From: Escherichia phage PMBT57
Sequence record: MG770228.1
DNA length: 64,000 bases
Direction: 5' to 3' (one strand)
This document shows positions 63,260-64,000 of this stretch, piece after piece. How positions within the stretch are numbered: position 1 is the stretch's first letter; each line of letters starts with the position of its first letter. A model generated the notes under the pieces. That model was not told the DNA's origin, made no database searches, and worked only from the letters and a program-made list of their open reading frames with translations. Both the position numbers and the translations under genes were made by a program.

Positions 63260-64000
63260 TGAAACGAAATTATCTCGCCATTATTGCCCTGTCAGTAGAC
63301 AGCCGTAACCTCACCTTATGGCAACCAGATGGTTCTACTATGGTCATCCCCCAAGGGGATGCCCGTGTACCACGTATTGTTGCTGAAGCAAAAGAAAAGA
63401 ATCTTACCCCAGGTAAGATTATCGAAGTGGATGTCACTATCGAAGCTCAGATTCGTCAGGAGTTTCTGGACGCTGAACGTGATACAGGTGGCTTTGTTAA
63501 ATTCTTCCGTATTACCAAGAAGAAGCTACAAGAGTTCTTCTTAGGGGAAGAGGAAGAACAAGTCCCTCATGTATCACCTGTAGAGTTAGGTGCTAAACCA
63601 ACTGCTTTCAATGCTTTTATTGCTAATGCTGTAGGCAAAACTCTTGCTGTACAACATGCATCGTTAAAAGTACCTGAACCAGAAATGACGGTTACTCATG
63701 AGCGTTTTTACGGTAACTATGCTGTATGGATTACAGATGTAGACCCACGGAATCATCGTATTGAGGTTATTCATGTTATCCGTGAAATCTCAGGAAGAAC
63801 CAGTGAATATGTCAATAACCTGCTGGCTCAACCAACCCCATTCAAAGTATTTGATTGGCTCACAGAGACTCAGGCTAAAGAGTTTGTAAGACGTTTGAAT
63901 AACACTCAGGGTGTTATCTCTGTCTATAACAAACTGGAAGACGGTATTCCTGCTAAGGTTGCTGTAAAGGCCACAGAGCCAACCAATAAGGAAAAGCTAG
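63259..64000 (+). CDS. rIIB: rIIB-like protein, N-terminal fragment (3' end outside the window)
   Basis: The ATG at 63259 overlaps the rIIA stop (TGATG). Frame 1 stays open to the window end (247 codons, hand-translated MKRNYLAIIALSVDSRNLTLWQPDG...). It is absent from the track because no stop is reached. The call rests on synteny. Confidence 0.6.
   Translation, partial: MKRNYLAIIALSVDSRNLTLWQPDGSTMVIPQGDARVPRIVAEAKEKNLTPGKIIEVDVTIEAQIRQEFLDAERDTGGFVKFFRITKKKLQEFFLGEEEEQVPHVSPVELGAKPTAFNAFIANAVGKTLAVQHASLKVPEPEMTVTHERFYGNYAVWITDVDPRNHRIEVIHVIREISGRTSEYVNNLLAQPTPFKVFDWLTETQAKEFVRRLNNTQGVISVYNKLEDGIPAKVAVKATEPTNKEKL

Overview
This window is about 64 kb of an N4-type podophage genome (Escherichia phage N4 lineage, Schitoviridae/Enquatrovirus-like), presented circularly permuted. 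I identified it from my own reading and from recalled family knowledge; no search was run.

Evidence for the identification:
- A 3,500-aa virion RNA polymerase carries T7-like motifs A, B and C.
- Three hairpin promoters with a 3-nt loop match the known P2-type GAAGC-GGA-GCTTC element.
- A split T7-like RNAP II is present as 269-aa and 404-aa subunits.
- A 265-aa SSB is present.
- The gene count and order reproduce N4 numbering: gp39-49, gp50-69, gp70-72, then gp1-34.

Layout:
- 1-7.4 kb (+): replication module, from the DNA polymerase C-terminus to SSB and a RuvC-like protein.
- 7.5-8.7 kb: a terminator-bounded RNA locus. It holds 4 canonical tRNAs (Asn-GTT, Ser-TGA, Thr-TGT, Pro-TGG) and about 0.9 kb of ORF-free, highly structured sequence.
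- 8.75-9.6 kb (+): two small genes, one with a DUF2829/Tad2-like domain.
- 9.6-44.0 kb (-): the late module. It runs from vRNAP through injected or internal virion proteins, capsid, scaffold, portal, the lysis cassette with an embedded spanin, the tail sheath and appendage, and terminase.
- 44.1-45.4 kb: right-end genes and the probable collapsed genome termini.
- 45.4-49.8 kb (+): the early operon driven by vRNAP hairpin promoters.
- 49.9-64.0 kb (+): middle genes. These are RNAP II, the decoration protein, an SPFH lipoprotein, HNH, MoxR+VWA, dCTP deaminase, ThyX and rIIA/rIIB.

No CRISPR array, integrase or transposon was seen.

The most interesting unexplained signal is the tRNA-interleaved set of 13-19 bp closed RNA modules. 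Other leads:
- a Tad2-like domain;
- an HExxH zincin motif in vRNAP;
- SLOG-like early proteins;
- a C-terminal tail motif shared between SSB and a protein encoded two genes downstream (gp47 position).

All domain calls rest on motifs read by eye and need HMM or structure confirmation.
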